A stretch of DNA of 64,000 nt from an uncultured delta proteobacterium (GCA_963785725.1 CAWAWS010000019.1:132323-196322), one strand, 5' to 3'. Numbered from the stretch's first letter, positions 19,079 through 29,861 are shown. Notes: generated by a model from the letters alone, not told the origin. A program made the numbers and translations.

Positions 19079-19257
19079 TCGCTCTGGTCGCGCAGCCCAT
19101 CGGGACGCGGCGCGAGCATCGCCACGCGCAGCTGCAGTCGCAGCGGGTGGCTCGCGAGCGGCGCGTGCGCACGCGCGGCGAGATCGATCGCGACCATCAT
19201 GCGCGCGCCCGCCATGCGCCCTTCGTAGACGTCGAAATCGCGCGGCCAGCTCGCCAA
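19048..19257 (-). pseudogene. Truncated DUF695-like N-terminal fragment
   Basis: W..DFDVY.......MVAIDL......P....P.RL.LRV.M..PRPDGL resembles DUF695 N-termini; ends after ~60 aa where it meets the convergent gene. Confidence 0.4.
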
Positions 19258-19272
19258 GTACGCGCCGCGCGC

Positions 19273-21024
19273 CTACTTCGAAGGTTTGCGGAAGCGATCG
19301 AAGAAGCCGCCGCCGCCCTTTTCCTTCTCGCGCCGCATGTTGATGAGGCGCATCTCGCGCTCGGCGTCGAGCAGCCGCGGATCGAGATCCTTGGCTTTGC
19401 GGAACATGTTGTAGGCGCGGTCGATGTCCTTCTCTTCTTTGAGGCAGACGCCGAGGTAGTAATACGCGCGCCCGCACATCGGGGACAGCTTGAGCGCCTG
19501 GCTGAACAGCGGCTTGGCGTCGGCGTGCGTCGTCTGGCCGGCGCAGACGCGCGCCCACGTCAGGAACGCCAGGTGCTCGCCTTCCGTCGGATTCAGCGCC
19601 ACCGACTGCTCGAGCTCGCGAATGGCGCCGAGAAAATCGTTCTTCTTCAGCAGCATCTCGCCGCGACGGAAGGCCATCTCCGCCTCGAGCATCTTCATGG
19701 CCTTGGCGTGCGCTTCGGCGTCGTCACCGCTCGGCTTCGCCAGCGAGGCCTTGTAATCCTCGCGCCGCGCGTCGTCGTAGAGCGTGCCGTAGGCCTCGGA
19801 GATGCGGCGGAAGATCTTCTCGACCTCGCCGCGCAGCGCTTCCAGACCCAGCGACGGCAACCGATCGGGATGGTAGCGCTTGGCGGCGACGAAATAGGCC
19901 TGCTTGACCTCGTCCTTCGTCGCGGCTTGCGGAATCTCCAGCACTTCGAACAGGTTTTGCGTCTCGACGACGTTGGCCTTGGCGATCAGCTGGCGGCGCA
20001 CGCTCTCGGAATCGGGCGGCCCTTGGTCGAGGCCGGTGACGCTGGCCGGCGTCGGCACGCGCAGTCGCGGCTGCGACGCGCCCGACGACGCGTGTGCCAG
20101 CTGCTGCAGCGGCGACTGTCCGGCCGTCGGCAGCCGCAAAATACCCGACGGATCGTTGGCCGTCGGCAGCGGGCCCACTTGCGAGTGCGACTTCACCGGC
20201 AGCGGCGTAACCTGCGAAGGCATGCGGAACGCGCCCGATGCGTCGGTCGGCGCGGCGTTGGCGTTGGGCGGCAGCGGCGTCTCCGAACGCCGACGCAGTC
20301 GCGGCACTTCCGAGGCCGCTTTGACGTCGAGCGCGTCGGTGATGTAGAGCGCGTAGACCAGCGCGTGCACCGGCTGCTGCGGCAAGCCCGAGGCTTCGAC
20401 GAGATCGGGCAGCGTCCAATAGCCCTTGCGCAGCAGCTCGGCGACGCGGCCGTCGTCGGGGCCGACGCCATAGCGCGCGATGTCCTCGGGCGACGCCGTG
20501 CAGCGAATGGCGCGCGACTCGAGCAGGAACAGCGCCGCTTTCAGGCGCTCGGCGTTCCAGGCGCTGCGCACGCCGTGATAGACCGCGCGCGCCGGATGAA
20601 TGCGCAGCGACTCCGACTTCTGCAGCCCTTGATCGTGGTCGCCGGCGACATACTCGAAGGTCCCGTCGTTCAAGAAGAATAGGCGATGCAGCTTGCGCCG
20701 CACTTGCGCCTTCAACGCCAGCCGCACCTGGTCTTCGTTGACGATGCCCTTTTGCAGCAGCATGTCGCCGTAGCGCTGACCGGCTGCGGGCGGCTCGGCG
20801 AGCGTCCGCTTGTAGGTCGCCTCGTCGATGATGCCCATCTCGAACAGGACTTTACCGAGTAATTCCGCGGAACCCGGCAACGTCACCGCGACCGGATAGC
20901 CGCCGCGCAAGAAGACGTCATGACGGCCGGCGCGATTTTGAATGTGCAACACGCCCGTCGCCTGCTGCCCGAACAGCTGCTGCAACAGATGCGGGAGCGG
21001 CTCGTCGGCGAGGTTGCCGTTCAC
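19273..21024 (-). CDS. DUF4388 - DnaJ - TPR domain protein
   Basis: N-terminal GNLADEPLPHLL...TGVL, J-domain AKRYHPDR, C-terminal TPRs. Confidence 0.85.
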   Translation of the reverse strand: MNGNLADEPLPHLLQQLFGQQATGVLHIQNRAGRHDVFLRGGYPVAVTLPGSAELLGKVLFEMGIIDEATYKRTLAEPPAAGQRYGDMLLQKGIVNEDQVRLALKAQVRRKLHRLFFLNDGTFEYVAGDHDQGLQKSESLRIHPARAVYHGVRSAWNAERLKAALFLLESRAIRCTASPEDIARYGVGPDDGRVAELLRKGYWTLPDLVEASGLPQQPVHALVYALYITDALDVKAASEVPRLRRRSETPLPPNANAAPTDASGAFRMPSQVTPLPVKSHSQVGPLPTANDPSGILRLPTAGQSPLQQLAHASSGASQPRLRVPTPASVTGLDQGPPDSESVRRQLIAKANVVETQNLFEVLEIPQAATKDEVKQAYFVAAKRYHPDRLPSLGLEALRGEVEKIFRRISEAYGTLYDDARREDYKASLAKPSGDDAEAHAKAMKMLEAEMAFRRGEMLLKKNDFLGAIRELEQSVALNPTEGEHLAFLTWARVCAGQTTHADAKPLFSQALKLSPMCGRAYYYLGVCLKEEKDIDRAYNMFRKAKDLDPRLLDAEREMRLINMRREKEKGGGGFFDRFRKPSK

Positions 21025-21116
21025 GGCCGCTTCCTCGACGATGCGACGTACCACAGCGCGGCGGTCATCACCGCAACGACGAGGAGCCCTGCCGCGATCG
21101 GATCGGCTTCCACCAT
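21021..21116 (-). CDS. 31-aa single-TM small protein
   Basis: MVEADPIAAGLLVVAVMTAALWYVASSRKRP; stop overlaps the next GTG; upstream TTGACC-17-CAGAAT. Confidence 0.5.
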   Translation of the reverse strand: MVEADPIAAGLLVVAVMTAALWYVASSRKRP

Positions 21117-21178
21117 GGCCAGTCCACGATTCTGAAGCGAGCGCGCGACACGGTCAATGCGGAACGGCAGCGTCAGTA

Positions 21179-22309
21179 TTATTGAGCATTTCCGACGCGA
21201 TCGGCGGCCAACGTAGACGGCACGGCGATGGTCTGGCCGGCGACGGTGAAGTGCCACGTCCATTTGCCGTTGGCGATCGTGTCCGACTGGTAGTCGATCT
21301 GCGGCCGCGCGACCGAGACGTCGAGCAAGCTGGCCGCGCCGTCGTCGACGCTGACGTTGGTCAAGACGAGCTTGTCGACCTCGGTCGTGACGGCAGCGGC
21401 GACGATGTCGAGCGCCGCCGTGCAGGCCGCTTCGATCGTCGATGCCGGCAACAGATCATCGATGCCGTCGGAGATCGCCTGCGCCGCCGCGTGGCACGGC
21501 ACGAGCGTCGTCAGCGCGCTCTGCAAATCGGTGGCGCCGAGCGGCGCGAACAAGAGCGGGCTCGCCGCCTGCAACATGAGCTGACCGAGCGGCAAGGTCA
21601 TGTTGCCGCCGGCCAGCGTCAGATCGGCGTCGGCGACCGGCGCATTGGCGTGCGGCGTCACCGTGCCCGTCAGCGTCGCCTGCGCCAGCTGCTGCGCGTT
21701 GGCGTCGAGCAGCACGACCGACGACTGGTTCAGCAGCGTGAAACCGATGCTCGATAGTTGCTGATCGATCTTCACGTTGCCGTTCGCGTCCGGCGTATGC
21801 AGCGTCAGCGTCTGCCGAATCGCCATCGTATCCGCCAGCTGGCTGATGCCGGCGATGATCGACGCGATCTGATCGGCCACCGGCACGTTGGCGTACAGCT
21901 CGTCGGTGATCAGCTTGTCGAGCAGGCTCGCCAACAGATCTTTGACGAAGCTCGGCAGCCCATTGATGGCGCTCGACAGCGTTGGAATGTCGGCCGCGCA
22001 GACGAGCGCGATGATCGCCTGGCCCGGATGGTCGTGCAGCTCGGTCAGCGCGGCCAACGACGGTCCGATCGCGCCCGGCAGCACGCCGTTTTGCGTCAGG
22101 TCGATCGGCGTCACCGTCGCGTAGATGCCGGCGTAGTCGGCCGTCGGCTGCGTCACCGGCGGAATCGTGATGCCGCCGTCGCTCGCCGGTGGCCCCAGAT
22201 CCGGCGACGACGCCGGTGGCTCGCTGGGCGCGCCCGCGCCGGCGCTGCAGCCGAACATCGCCCACGTCAGAAACAGCATCAGCGCATATTTCAGAAGCTC
22301 TCGGTTCAT
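21179..22309 (-). CDS. Hypothetical lipoprotein
   Basis: Signal peptide ending MFG-C; GGAGGGG RBS. Confidence 0.8.
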   Translation of the reverse strand: MNRELLKYALMLFLTWAMFGCSAGAGAPSEPPASSPDLGPPASDGGITIPPVTQPTADYAGIYATVTPIDLTQNGVLPGAIGPSLAALTELHDHPGQAIIALVCAADIPTLSSAINGLPSFVKDLLASLLDKLITDELYANVPVADQIASIIAGISQLADTMAIRQTLTLHTPDANGNVKIDQQLSSIGFTLLNQSSVVLLDANAQQLAQATLTGTVTPHANAPVADADLTLAGGNMTLPLGQLMLQAASPLLFAPLGATDLQSALTTLVPCHAAAQAISDGIDDLLPASTIEAACTAALDIVAAAVTTEVDKLVLTNVSVDDGAASLLDVSVARPQIDYQSDTIANGKWTWHFTVAGQTIAVPSTLAADRVGNAQ

Positions 22310-22336
22310 GTTGTCCCCTCCCGGCCGCGAGCCGAT

Positions 22337-22352
22337 TGCAGCGCCAATGCCA
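22337..22352 (-). promoter_or_regulatory. Putative sigma54 promoter
   Basis: Minus strand reads TGGCAT-TGGCG-CTGCA (GG-N10-GC spacing). Confidence 0.45.
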
Positions 22353-22498
22353 CGACGCGTCCAAACGATTACGTATGCTTACGGCCATGAGGTGCGACAT
22401 CTGGAGACATCCGTACCCAAGGTAGGCAACAATGCGCGAGGTCAATTGTCTACAGGCCTAATGAGGCGCGGACGCAAGGTCCCATCTACAATCCGCGC

Positions 22499-23443
22499 GT
22501 GCCCGGCATCGGCCTCATCACCAACCCGCGCTCGCGCGTGAACTTGCGCGACCCGGGGCGCGCGCGCCGGCTCGGCTATCTCATCGGCAGCCACGGCGTC
22601 GCCGAGGCCACGAAGTCGCTCGACGACCTCTATCGCGTCTGCGAGGAGTTCTACAAAGAGCGCATCGACGTCCTCGGCATCTCGGGCGGCGACGGGACGC
22701 TGCATCACACGCTGACGGCGATGATCAAAGCCTACGGCGACACGCCTTTACCGCCGGTGGCCATCTTGCGCGGCGGGACGATGAACACGATCGCGCGCTC
22801 GTTCGGCATCTTCGGCGACTCGAAGACGCTGACCTACGAGCTGACCGAGAGCCAGCGACTCGGCAAATTGCACGAGATTCCCAGCTTCGAGCGCGAGATC
22901 CTGCAGATCGGCGACAAGTACGGCTTCATCTTCGGCAACGGCATCATCTACAACTTCCTGCACGAGTATTACGCGACGGGAAAACCGTCGCCGACGACCG
23001 CCGCGCAATTGATCGCGCGCGCCGCCGGCTCGACGATGTTTCGCACGGCGCTGGCCAAGCGCATCTACAAGCGCTTTCGCGCCCGCGTCGTGTCCGACGG
23101 CGATCGTTGGGCGTGCGAGGACTTCATCACCGTCGCCGCCGCCGTCGTCGAGCAGATCGGCCTCGGGTTCAAGCCGTTCCGCCGCTGTAACGAGCGCAGC
23201 GACGCCTTCGCGCTGCTCGGCATCCACACCGACGCCGCCGGCTTCGTCGCCGAATTGCCGCGCATCTTGGCCGGACAGCCGATGCGCCGCGACAAAGTCA
23301 TCGATCGCGTGGCGCAGGTCGTCACCTTCGAGTCGGACGAGAAGCTCGAGTACATCATCGACGGCGACACCTATGTGCAAGATGGCGTGCTGACGCTGCG
23401 ATCGGGTCCGAAGCTGCGCTTTTTGCGATTGAACGTGGTATGA
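22499..23443 (+). CDS. Diacylglycerol/sphingosine kinase family protein
   Basis: NPRS, SGGDGT, GGTMN and IDGD motifs. Confidence 0.88.
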   Translation: MPGIGLITNPRSRVNLRDPGRARRLGYLIGSHGVAEATKSLDDLYRVCEEFYKERIDVLGISGGDGTLHHTLTAMIKAYGDTPLPPVAILRGGTMNTIARSFGIFGDSKTLTYELTESQRLGKLHEIPSFEREILQIGDKYGFIFGNGIIYNFLHEYYATGKPSPTTAAQLIARAAGSTMFRTALAKRIYKRFRARVVSDGDRWACEDFITVAAAVVEQIGLGFKPFRRCNERSDAFALLGIHTDAAGFVAELPRILAGQPMRRDKVIDRVAQVVTFESDEKLEYIIDGDTYVQDGVLTLRSGPKLRFLRLNVV

Positions 23444-23486
23444 TCGCTTTCGGGCCAACGTGAGCTCGTCATTTCCGCTGCGATCC

Positions 23487-24251
<765 letters not shown>

Positions 24252-24278
24252 GACTTATTGTCACTTCGACAATAAGTC
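24252..24278. terminator. Perfect hairpin between convergent genes (possible bidirectional terminator)
   Basis: GACTTATTGTC-ACTTC-GACAATAAGTC, 11-bp stem. Confidence 0.65.
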
Positions 24279-24290
24279 GGCGACTTCGCG

Positions 24291-25211
24291 TCAGTCCGAC
24301 GTAACTGGGAAGACGCCTTTGGGCGTGACGATGGCGTCGCTGATCTCGCCGCGCACGACGCTGTCGGGCCAGACGACGACGCGGTCGAGCCGCGCGTCGG
24401 CGTGCACGCGGCTGCGCGCGCCGACGACGACGCGCGCGCTCAGCTGCGCGCCGGCTTCGACGTGCGCCGTCGTCGCGATGCGCGCGATCGGGCCCGGTGG
24501 ATGCGTCAACGTGGCGGCACCGGACAAGAGGTTCCAGTTGCCTTGCAGGTAGCGCTGCGGCGTCGAGTGCTCGTGCCAATAGCTTTGGTAGCGTAGGCCT
24601 TCGATGCGTTCGCCGGCGAGCAGCGCCGGGATATACGCCTGCCGGATCGAGTCGGATTCGCCCGCGCGCGGCAAGCGATCGACCAGCCGCGGCGACAAGA
24701 CGTGCACGCCGGTGAACATGCAGGCGTGCGTGCCGACTGCGCCTTGGCCGACGATGCGCGTGACGCGGCCGTTGTCGTCGACGTGAATCGCGCCCCATTT
24801 TTCGGCGTCGGGCACTTCGCGCAGGACCATCGTGGCCGTGGCGTTGGTTGCGTCATGATGACGTAAAGTCGCGCCGATATCGATGTCGCTCACGATCTTG
24901 CCGTTGACGACGACGAACGACGCTTGGCCGCCGCGCGTGAGCCAATCTTGCAGCTGCACGATGCCGCCGCCGGTGCCCAAGATCGTCGCCTCTTCGGAGT
25001 AGTGGAAGCCGTCGCCGAGCTCGGCGCGGATGAGCTCGCCGCGATGGTGCAAGTTGACGGCGATCTCGTCGATGCCGTGGCCGCGCAGGAGCGCGACGGC
25101 GTAGCGAATGAGCGGAATGTCGCAGACGGGCAAGAGCGGCTTCGGGCGCTCGTCGCTGAGCGCGCCTAGTCGTGTGCCGAAGCCGGCGGCGAGGATGAGC
25201 GCGCGCGTCAT
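24291..25211 (-). CDS. NDP-sugar pyrophosphorylase / nucleotidyltransferase (Man-1-P guanylyltransferase/MurU-like)
   Basis: ILAAGFGTRL...RPKPLLP, LGTGGG and NGK motifs; short LbH-like tail. Confidence 0.88.
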   Translation of the reverse strand: MTRALILAAGFGTRLGALSDERPKPLLPVCDIPLIRYAVALLRGHGIDEIAVNLHHRGELIRAELGDGFHYSEEATILGTGGGIVQLQDWLTRGGQASFVVVNGKIVSDIDIGATLRHHDATNATATMVLREVPDAEKWGAIHVDDNGRVTRIVGQGAVGTHACMFTGVHVLSPRLVDRLPRAGESDSIRQAYIPALLAGERIEGLRYQSYWHEHSTPQRYLQGNWNLLSGAATLTHPPGPIARIATTAHVEAGAQLSARVVVGARSRVHADARLDRVVVWPDSVVRGEISDAIVTPKGVFPVTSD

Positions 25212-26065
25212 GTGGCGGGCCGCTCGAGCTGGATGAAGCGGCGATCTTCGACGGCGCCGACGGTCTTGCGATAGAACTCTTTGGGGCCGATCCAGGCGAT
25301 GACGCCGGCTTCGGGCAGGCCGCGCACGTCGTGAAGGCAGCGCAGGAGTAAGGCCTCGCCGAGGCGCTTGCCGCGATGCGCGCCGTCGGTGCCGGCGGGG
25401 CCGAACCAGCCGAGGCCTTGGTTGTTGCCGTCGGCGGCGGCGAAGGCGACGGGCGCCGCGTAGTCGCCGTCGAGGAACGCGACGTGCAGCGCGCGGCGCG
25501 GGCCGTCGAGCGCGCGGCCGGCCTCGAGCGCCCACACCGGCGCGAAGCGGCGGCCGATCCAGTCGAGCGCGAGCGCGCGCGTGGTTGCGTCGACTCGACA
25601 TAAAGTATAGCCGGCGACGTCGGTGATCGGCGGCAGCGTGTCCATGGGCGCGCGAATGTTCTCGACCATCCCCACTTCGCGGAAGCCGCGCGCGTCGAAG
25701 AAGGCGCGCGCGTCGGCGTAGCGGCCGTCGACGCCGGGCGACAGGTAATTGCCGGGGTGGTCGCCGACGCGCAGGGTCGCCGTCGGCTGCTCACGCTGAA
25801 TGTGGTCGAGCAGCGCCGAGCCGATGCCGCGCCGGCGCTGCGCTTCGTCGACGGCGATGAGCTTCAGCCAGCGGCCGGCGGTGGCGGCGACGCCGACGAG
25901 CACGCCATCCTCAGCGAAGGCGCCGAGCGCCGCGCCTTGCCGCGCGCCGTTGCCGCCGAACAGCTTCTCCTCGGCGACGACGGCGATGTTGTCACGCGGT
26001 AACGAGCGAGCCAGAAGAGTAATCGCCGCGGGCAGTTGCTCACGGTCGAGGGACGCGATGCGCAC
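25208..26065 (-). CDS. Tandem GNAT acetyltransferase
   Basis: Two acetyl-CoA motifs, QRRRGIGSALL and HRGKRLGEALL. Confidence 0.82.
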   Translation of the reverse strand: MRIASLDREQLPAAITLLARSLPRDNIAVVAEEKLFGGNGARQGAALGAFAEDGVLVGVAATAGRWLKLIAVDEAQRRRGIGSALLDHIQREQPTATLRVGDHPGNYLSPGVDGRYADARAFFDARGFREVGMVENIRAPMDTLPPITDVAGYTLCRVDATTRALALDWIGRRFAPVWALEAGRALDGPRRALHVAFLDGDYAAPVAFAAADGNNQGLGWFGPAGTDGAHRGKRLGEALLLRCLHDVRGLPEAGVIAWIGPKEFYRKTVGAVEDRRFIQLERPAT

Positions 26066-26100
26066 CAATAGATCCTACCACTCTGCTACGCTCTGCCGCC

Positions 26101-27402
26101 ATGCGCTTAGCGGTTCTAGGGACTGGCTACGTCGGCCTCGTGGCCGGCGCCGGCTTCGCGGACTTCGGCAACGACGTCATCTGCGTCGACATCGACGCCG
26201 AGAAAGTGGCGCGGCTCGAGCGCGGCCTCCTGCCGATCTACGAGCCCGGCTTGGAGCCGCTCGTCGTGCGCAACGTCGCCGAGAAGCGGCTCTCGTTCAC
26301 CACCGAGATCGGCAACGCCGTGCCGGGCGCGGACGTCGTCATCATCGCCGTCGGCACGCCGTCGGCGCACGACGGCTCGGCCGATCTGACGCAGGTGCTC
26401 GCCGCCGCGGCCGCCATCGGGCGCGCCATCACCGGCTTCACCGTCATCGTCACCAAGAGCACCGTCCCCGTCGGCACCGCGGCCAAGATCAAAGCTGCCG
26501 TCGCCGCCGTCACGACGCAGCCGTTCGCCGTCGCCTCCAATCCCGAGTTCTTGAAGGAGGGCGACGCCGTCAACGACTTCATGAAGCCCGATCGCGTCAT
26601 CATCGGCAGCGACGATCCGCGCGCGCTCGACGTCATGCGCCACTTGTACGGCCCGTTCGTGCGCACCAACGATCGCATCTTGGCGATGGATCCGGTCTCG
26701 GCCGAGCTCACGAAGTACGCGTCCAACTCCTACTTGGCGACGCGCATCTCGTTCATGAACGACGTCGCCAACTGGTGCGAGCGCGTCGGCGCCGACGTCG
26801 AGAACGTGCGTCGCGGCATGGGCATGGACCCGCGCATCGGCAACAAGTTCCTCTTTCCCGGCGTCGGCTACGGCGGCAGCTGTTTTCCGAAGGACGTCAA
26901 AGCGGCGATGCACACGGCGCGCGAGCACGGCTGGCCGCTCGAGATCTTGGAGTCGGTCCATCGCGTCAACGAGCGGCAAAAAGGTCTGCTCGCCGACAAG
27001 ATCTTCAAGCACTTCGGCGGTTCGCTCGACGGCAAGATCATCGCCGTCTGGGGGCTCGCGTTCAAGCCCGGCACCGACGACGTGCGCGAGGCGCCGGCGC
27101 TGACGGTGATCGAGCGGCTCCTGGCCGCGGGCGCCGTCGTGCACGCGCACGATCCCGTCGCCAACGAGAGCTTCCACAAGCTGATGGGCGATCGTTTACG
27201 TTACTTCGACAATAACTACGACGCGGCCAAAGACGCGCACGCGCTCGCGCTCTTGACCGAGTGGCATCAGTTTCGTCGCCCCAACTTCAAGCGGCTCAAA
27301 GAGGCGATGGCCGCGCCGCATCTGTTCGACGGCCGCAACGTCTGGGAGCCGGCGGAAGTGCGCGCGCTCGGCTTTACGTACGAAGGCATCGGCCGGCCAT
27401 AA
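26101..27402 (+). CDS. ugd: UDP-glucose 6-dehydrogenase
   Basis: GTGYVG, KSTVPVG, SNPEFLKEG and catalytic GYGGSCFPKD. Confidence 0.95.
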   Translation: MRLAVLGTGYVGLVAGAGFADFGNDVICVDIDAEKVARLERGLLPIYEPGLEPLVVRNVAEKRLSFTTEIGNAVPGADVVIIAVGTPSAHDGSADLTQVLAAAAAIGRAITGFTVIVTKSTVPVGTAAKIKAAVAAVTTQPFAVASNPEFLKEGDAVNDFMKPDRVIIGSDDPRALDVMRHLYGPFVRTNDRILAMDPVSAELTKYASNSYLATRISFMNDVANWCERVGADVENVRRGMGMDPRIGNKFLFPGVGYGGSCFPKDVKAAMHTAREHGWPLEILESVHRVNERQKGLLADKIFKHFGGSLDGKIIAVWGLAFKPGTDDVREAPALTVIERLLAAGAVVHAHDPVANESFHKLMGDRLRYFDNNYDAAKDAHALALLTEWHQFRRPNFKRLKEAMAAPHLFDGRNVWEPAEVRALGFTYEGIGRP

Positions 27403-27424
27403 TCGCGGCTACAATAGGCAGCCG

Positions 27425-28252
27425 ATGGAACGCACGCTGCCGCTGAGCCAGGATCTCGATTGGTTGCCGCCGCGCTATCGCGCCATTCGTTGGGGTGTGG
27501 CCGGCTCGATTTGGACGGCGTTGGCCGGCGGCGTCGGCGCGCTCATCTTCTTGCCGCACATGCACGTCGCCGTCTTCGGCAAGGGGTTCGCCGCCATCGC
27601 GGCCGGTGGTTATTACGCGGGAGACGCGGCGGCGCGGCGCGTGTTGCGCGGGCGCTTGCGCAAGCTGGCCAGCGGCGCGGTCGAGACGTCGCGACTGCCG
27701 CAACAAGCCGACGGCGATCTGATGCACGTCGTCGGGCGCGTGCGCTTGATGTCGGCGCACAACGGGCGAAATCACTTGGAAGGGCTCATCGACGCCTCGC
27801 CGGCGGTGTGGCGGCGCGTCGTCTTCGGCTTCAGCGGCCGGACCGAGCGCGTCGTCTACGAAGCGGGCGTCGACTTCCAGCTCGTCGGTGATGGCGGCGA
27901 GCCGATCGTCATCGAGACGGGCGAGTCGCGCTTGCTAGCGCCCGATCGCAAGGGCAAGTCGTTGCCGGACGTGCATCCGGCGGTGGCGCGCCTCGAGTCG
28001 CTGCCGCTGCCGAAATTCATGGAGCAGACGCTGGCGCAGCGGCAAAAACGGCGCGGCAAAGGCAAGAAAGTGCCGGCGCTCGTCGTGCAAGAGCGGCTCC
28101 TGCGCGAAGGCGATCTGGTCGAGGTGCTCGGCTACAAGTCGCGCGTCATCGATCCGACGATGGCCGATCGCATGGAGCGCGACACGCCGTTTCGCGCGAC
28201 CTTACGCGGGGGTCCCGGGCTGCCGCTCTTGATCGCGCCGCGGGAAACGTAG
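27425..28252 (+). CDS. Membrane-anchored hypothetical protein (GIDE-like C-terminal domain possible)
   Basis: Two N-terminal hydrophobic segments; E..L..GD.V.VLG pattern. Confidence 0.65.
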   Translation: MERTLPLSQDLDWLPPRYRAIRWGVAGSIWTALAGGVGALIFLPHMHVAVFGKGFAAIAAGGYYAGDAAARRVLRGRLRKLASGAVETSRLPQQADGDLMHVVGRVRLMSAHNGRNHLEGLIDASPAVWRRVVFGFSGRTERVVYEAGVDFQLVGDGGEPIVIETGESRLLAPDRKGKSLPDVHPAVARLESLPLPKFMEQTLAQRQKRRGKGKKVPALVVQERLLREGDLVEVLGYKSRVIDPTMADRMERDTPFRATLRGGPGLPLLIAPRET

Positions 28253-29746
28253 CGCCCAGCGGCCGGTACTTAATGTCAATGTGACAAAAAGTGCCAACAA
28301 GATCGCCGCCGACTTCGGGCTCTTGCCGTCGACGGCGAACTCGAGCGGCCACCAGTCGATGCGAGCGCGCGCCCAGCCGTCGGACAGGTTCACCGGATAG
28401 GGCACGACCGACTTCCAGGGCGCGTCTTCGTCGAGGTCGGGATCGTTGCGGAGGACGTGCGACAACAGCCACGCCTGACCGCGCAGCGGCGAAAACGTCG
28501 GCACGTAGTGGCCGTGCGACAGATGCTCGGTGTACCAGCCGGCGGCGCCCGTCTGATCTTTGACGGCGATGAGGATGCGGATGTAGTGGTCCCAATAGAT
28601 CGACGCGCCGAGCAGCTGCATCGAGACGCCGAGCGCCAACAGCACGCCCAGCGCCCACTTGCGCAGACGCACGTTGCCGCGCTGTAAGGCTTCGGGCAGC
28701 CACGGCCACGCCAGCAGCATCGCCAGCGGCGTCACGGCCGTGAGGTGGCGCGGACCCCAGCAGTAATCGGCGTGCCAGTGGCGGAACTTGGCGTTGAAGA
28801 CGAGGCTGACGCCGATGATGGCGGCGATGAAGAGCGTCTCGGCGCGGCGCCGGCGATAGGCGACGGGCGCGCCGAGCACGGCCAGGACGAGCGGCGGCGA
28901 GTAGAGAAAGGCGCTCTTTCCCGTCGACAACAACAAGCCGTAGAGGCCGGCGAATAGATCGCCGGAGAAGACGCCGTTCTTGATCTGGTAGCCCGAGTCC
29001 CACAACGAGCCGGTCTTGATGGTGTTGTGCCAGAGGGCGACGGCGGTGAATTCGGCGAAGACGAGCAGCGCCAGCGGCAACGCGCGCCACACGCGGTCGA
29101 GATCGCCGCGACGATAGGCGCGATCGATGACGAACCAGGCGACGAAGGGCAAGAAGAGGACGTTGACGAGCTTGGAGTTCTCGAGCACGCCGGCGGCGAC
29201 GGCGAGCCAGCCGATGCCGGCCGTCGTCGGCGCCTCGCCCATCGCCAGCGTGCGCTCGACGAGCCACATGAGCACGAGCGTCTGCAGCGCCTCCGAATAC
29301 GGCGAGCGCGCGTAAACGAAGCACAAGGTGGCGAAGGCGCAGGTGAGCGCGCCGGCGCATGACCAGCCGTCGGAGGCGCCGCGGCGGCGGGCGATGAGGA
29401 AGAAGAGGACGCAGGCGGCGGCCATCATCAGCGACGGCGCCACGTGCGCGGCCAGCGCGTAGAGTGGGCGATCGGGCAGGCCGGGGATGTGCGAGCACAG
29501 CTTGTAGGTCAAGTAGCTCGGCACCATGGCGATGACGTTGCCGAGCGGAAAGACGCCGTATTTCTTGCCGAAGCGCTTGGCGTAGAACCACGGCGGGCCG
29601 CTCTCCAAGTGCACGTCGAGCGCGCCGTGCTCGACCAGCGATTGGGTCGTGTCGTAGACGACGTGCGCGTCGGCCCACGGCGGCTCGCGTGAAGTGACGA
29701 GCATGAAAGCGCAAAAGAGGAACGCGAAGAGGCGGCCGGCGCTCAT
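28202..29746 (-). CDS. Multi-TM GT-C-fold (lipid-carrier-dependent) glycosyltransferase-like protein
   Basis: Many TM helices; YARSPYSEAL, GKSAFLYSP and WGPRHL motifs. Confidence 0.7.
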   Translation of the reverse strand: MSAGRLFAFLFCAFMLVTSREPPWADAHVVYDTTQSLVEHGALDVHLESGPPWFYAKRFGKKYGVFPLGNVIAMVPSYLTYKLCSHIPGLPDRPLYALAAHVAPSLMMAAACVLFFLIARRRGASDGWSCAGALTCAFATLCFVYARSPYSEALQTLVLMWLVERTLAMGEAPTTAGIGWLAVAAGVLENSKLVNVLFLPFVAWFVIDRAYRRGDLDRVWRALPLALLVFAEFTAVALWHNTIKTGSLWDSGYQIKNGVFSGDLFAGLYGLLLSTGKSAFLYSPPLVLAVLGAPVAYRRRRAETLFIAAIIGVSLVFNAKFRHWHADYCWGPRHLTAVTPLAMLLAWPWLPEALQRGNVRLRKWALGVLLALGVSMQLLGASIYWDHYIRILIAVKDQTGAAGWYTEHLSHGHYVPTFSPLRGQAWLLSHVLRNDPDLDEDAPWKSVVPYPVNLSDGWARARIDWWPLEFAVDGKSPKSAAILLALFVTLTLSTGRWALRFPRRDQERQPGTPA

Positions 29747-29861
29747 GACGAGGCGTCGGTTTCGCGAACGGGAGACAGTCGGCCGCTTGCGCGAATTCCG
29801 ACGGCTGTTTCGTGCCGCTGCACGCTCGCGACGATAGCAGATCGTGTTAGCGTGGCGAACG

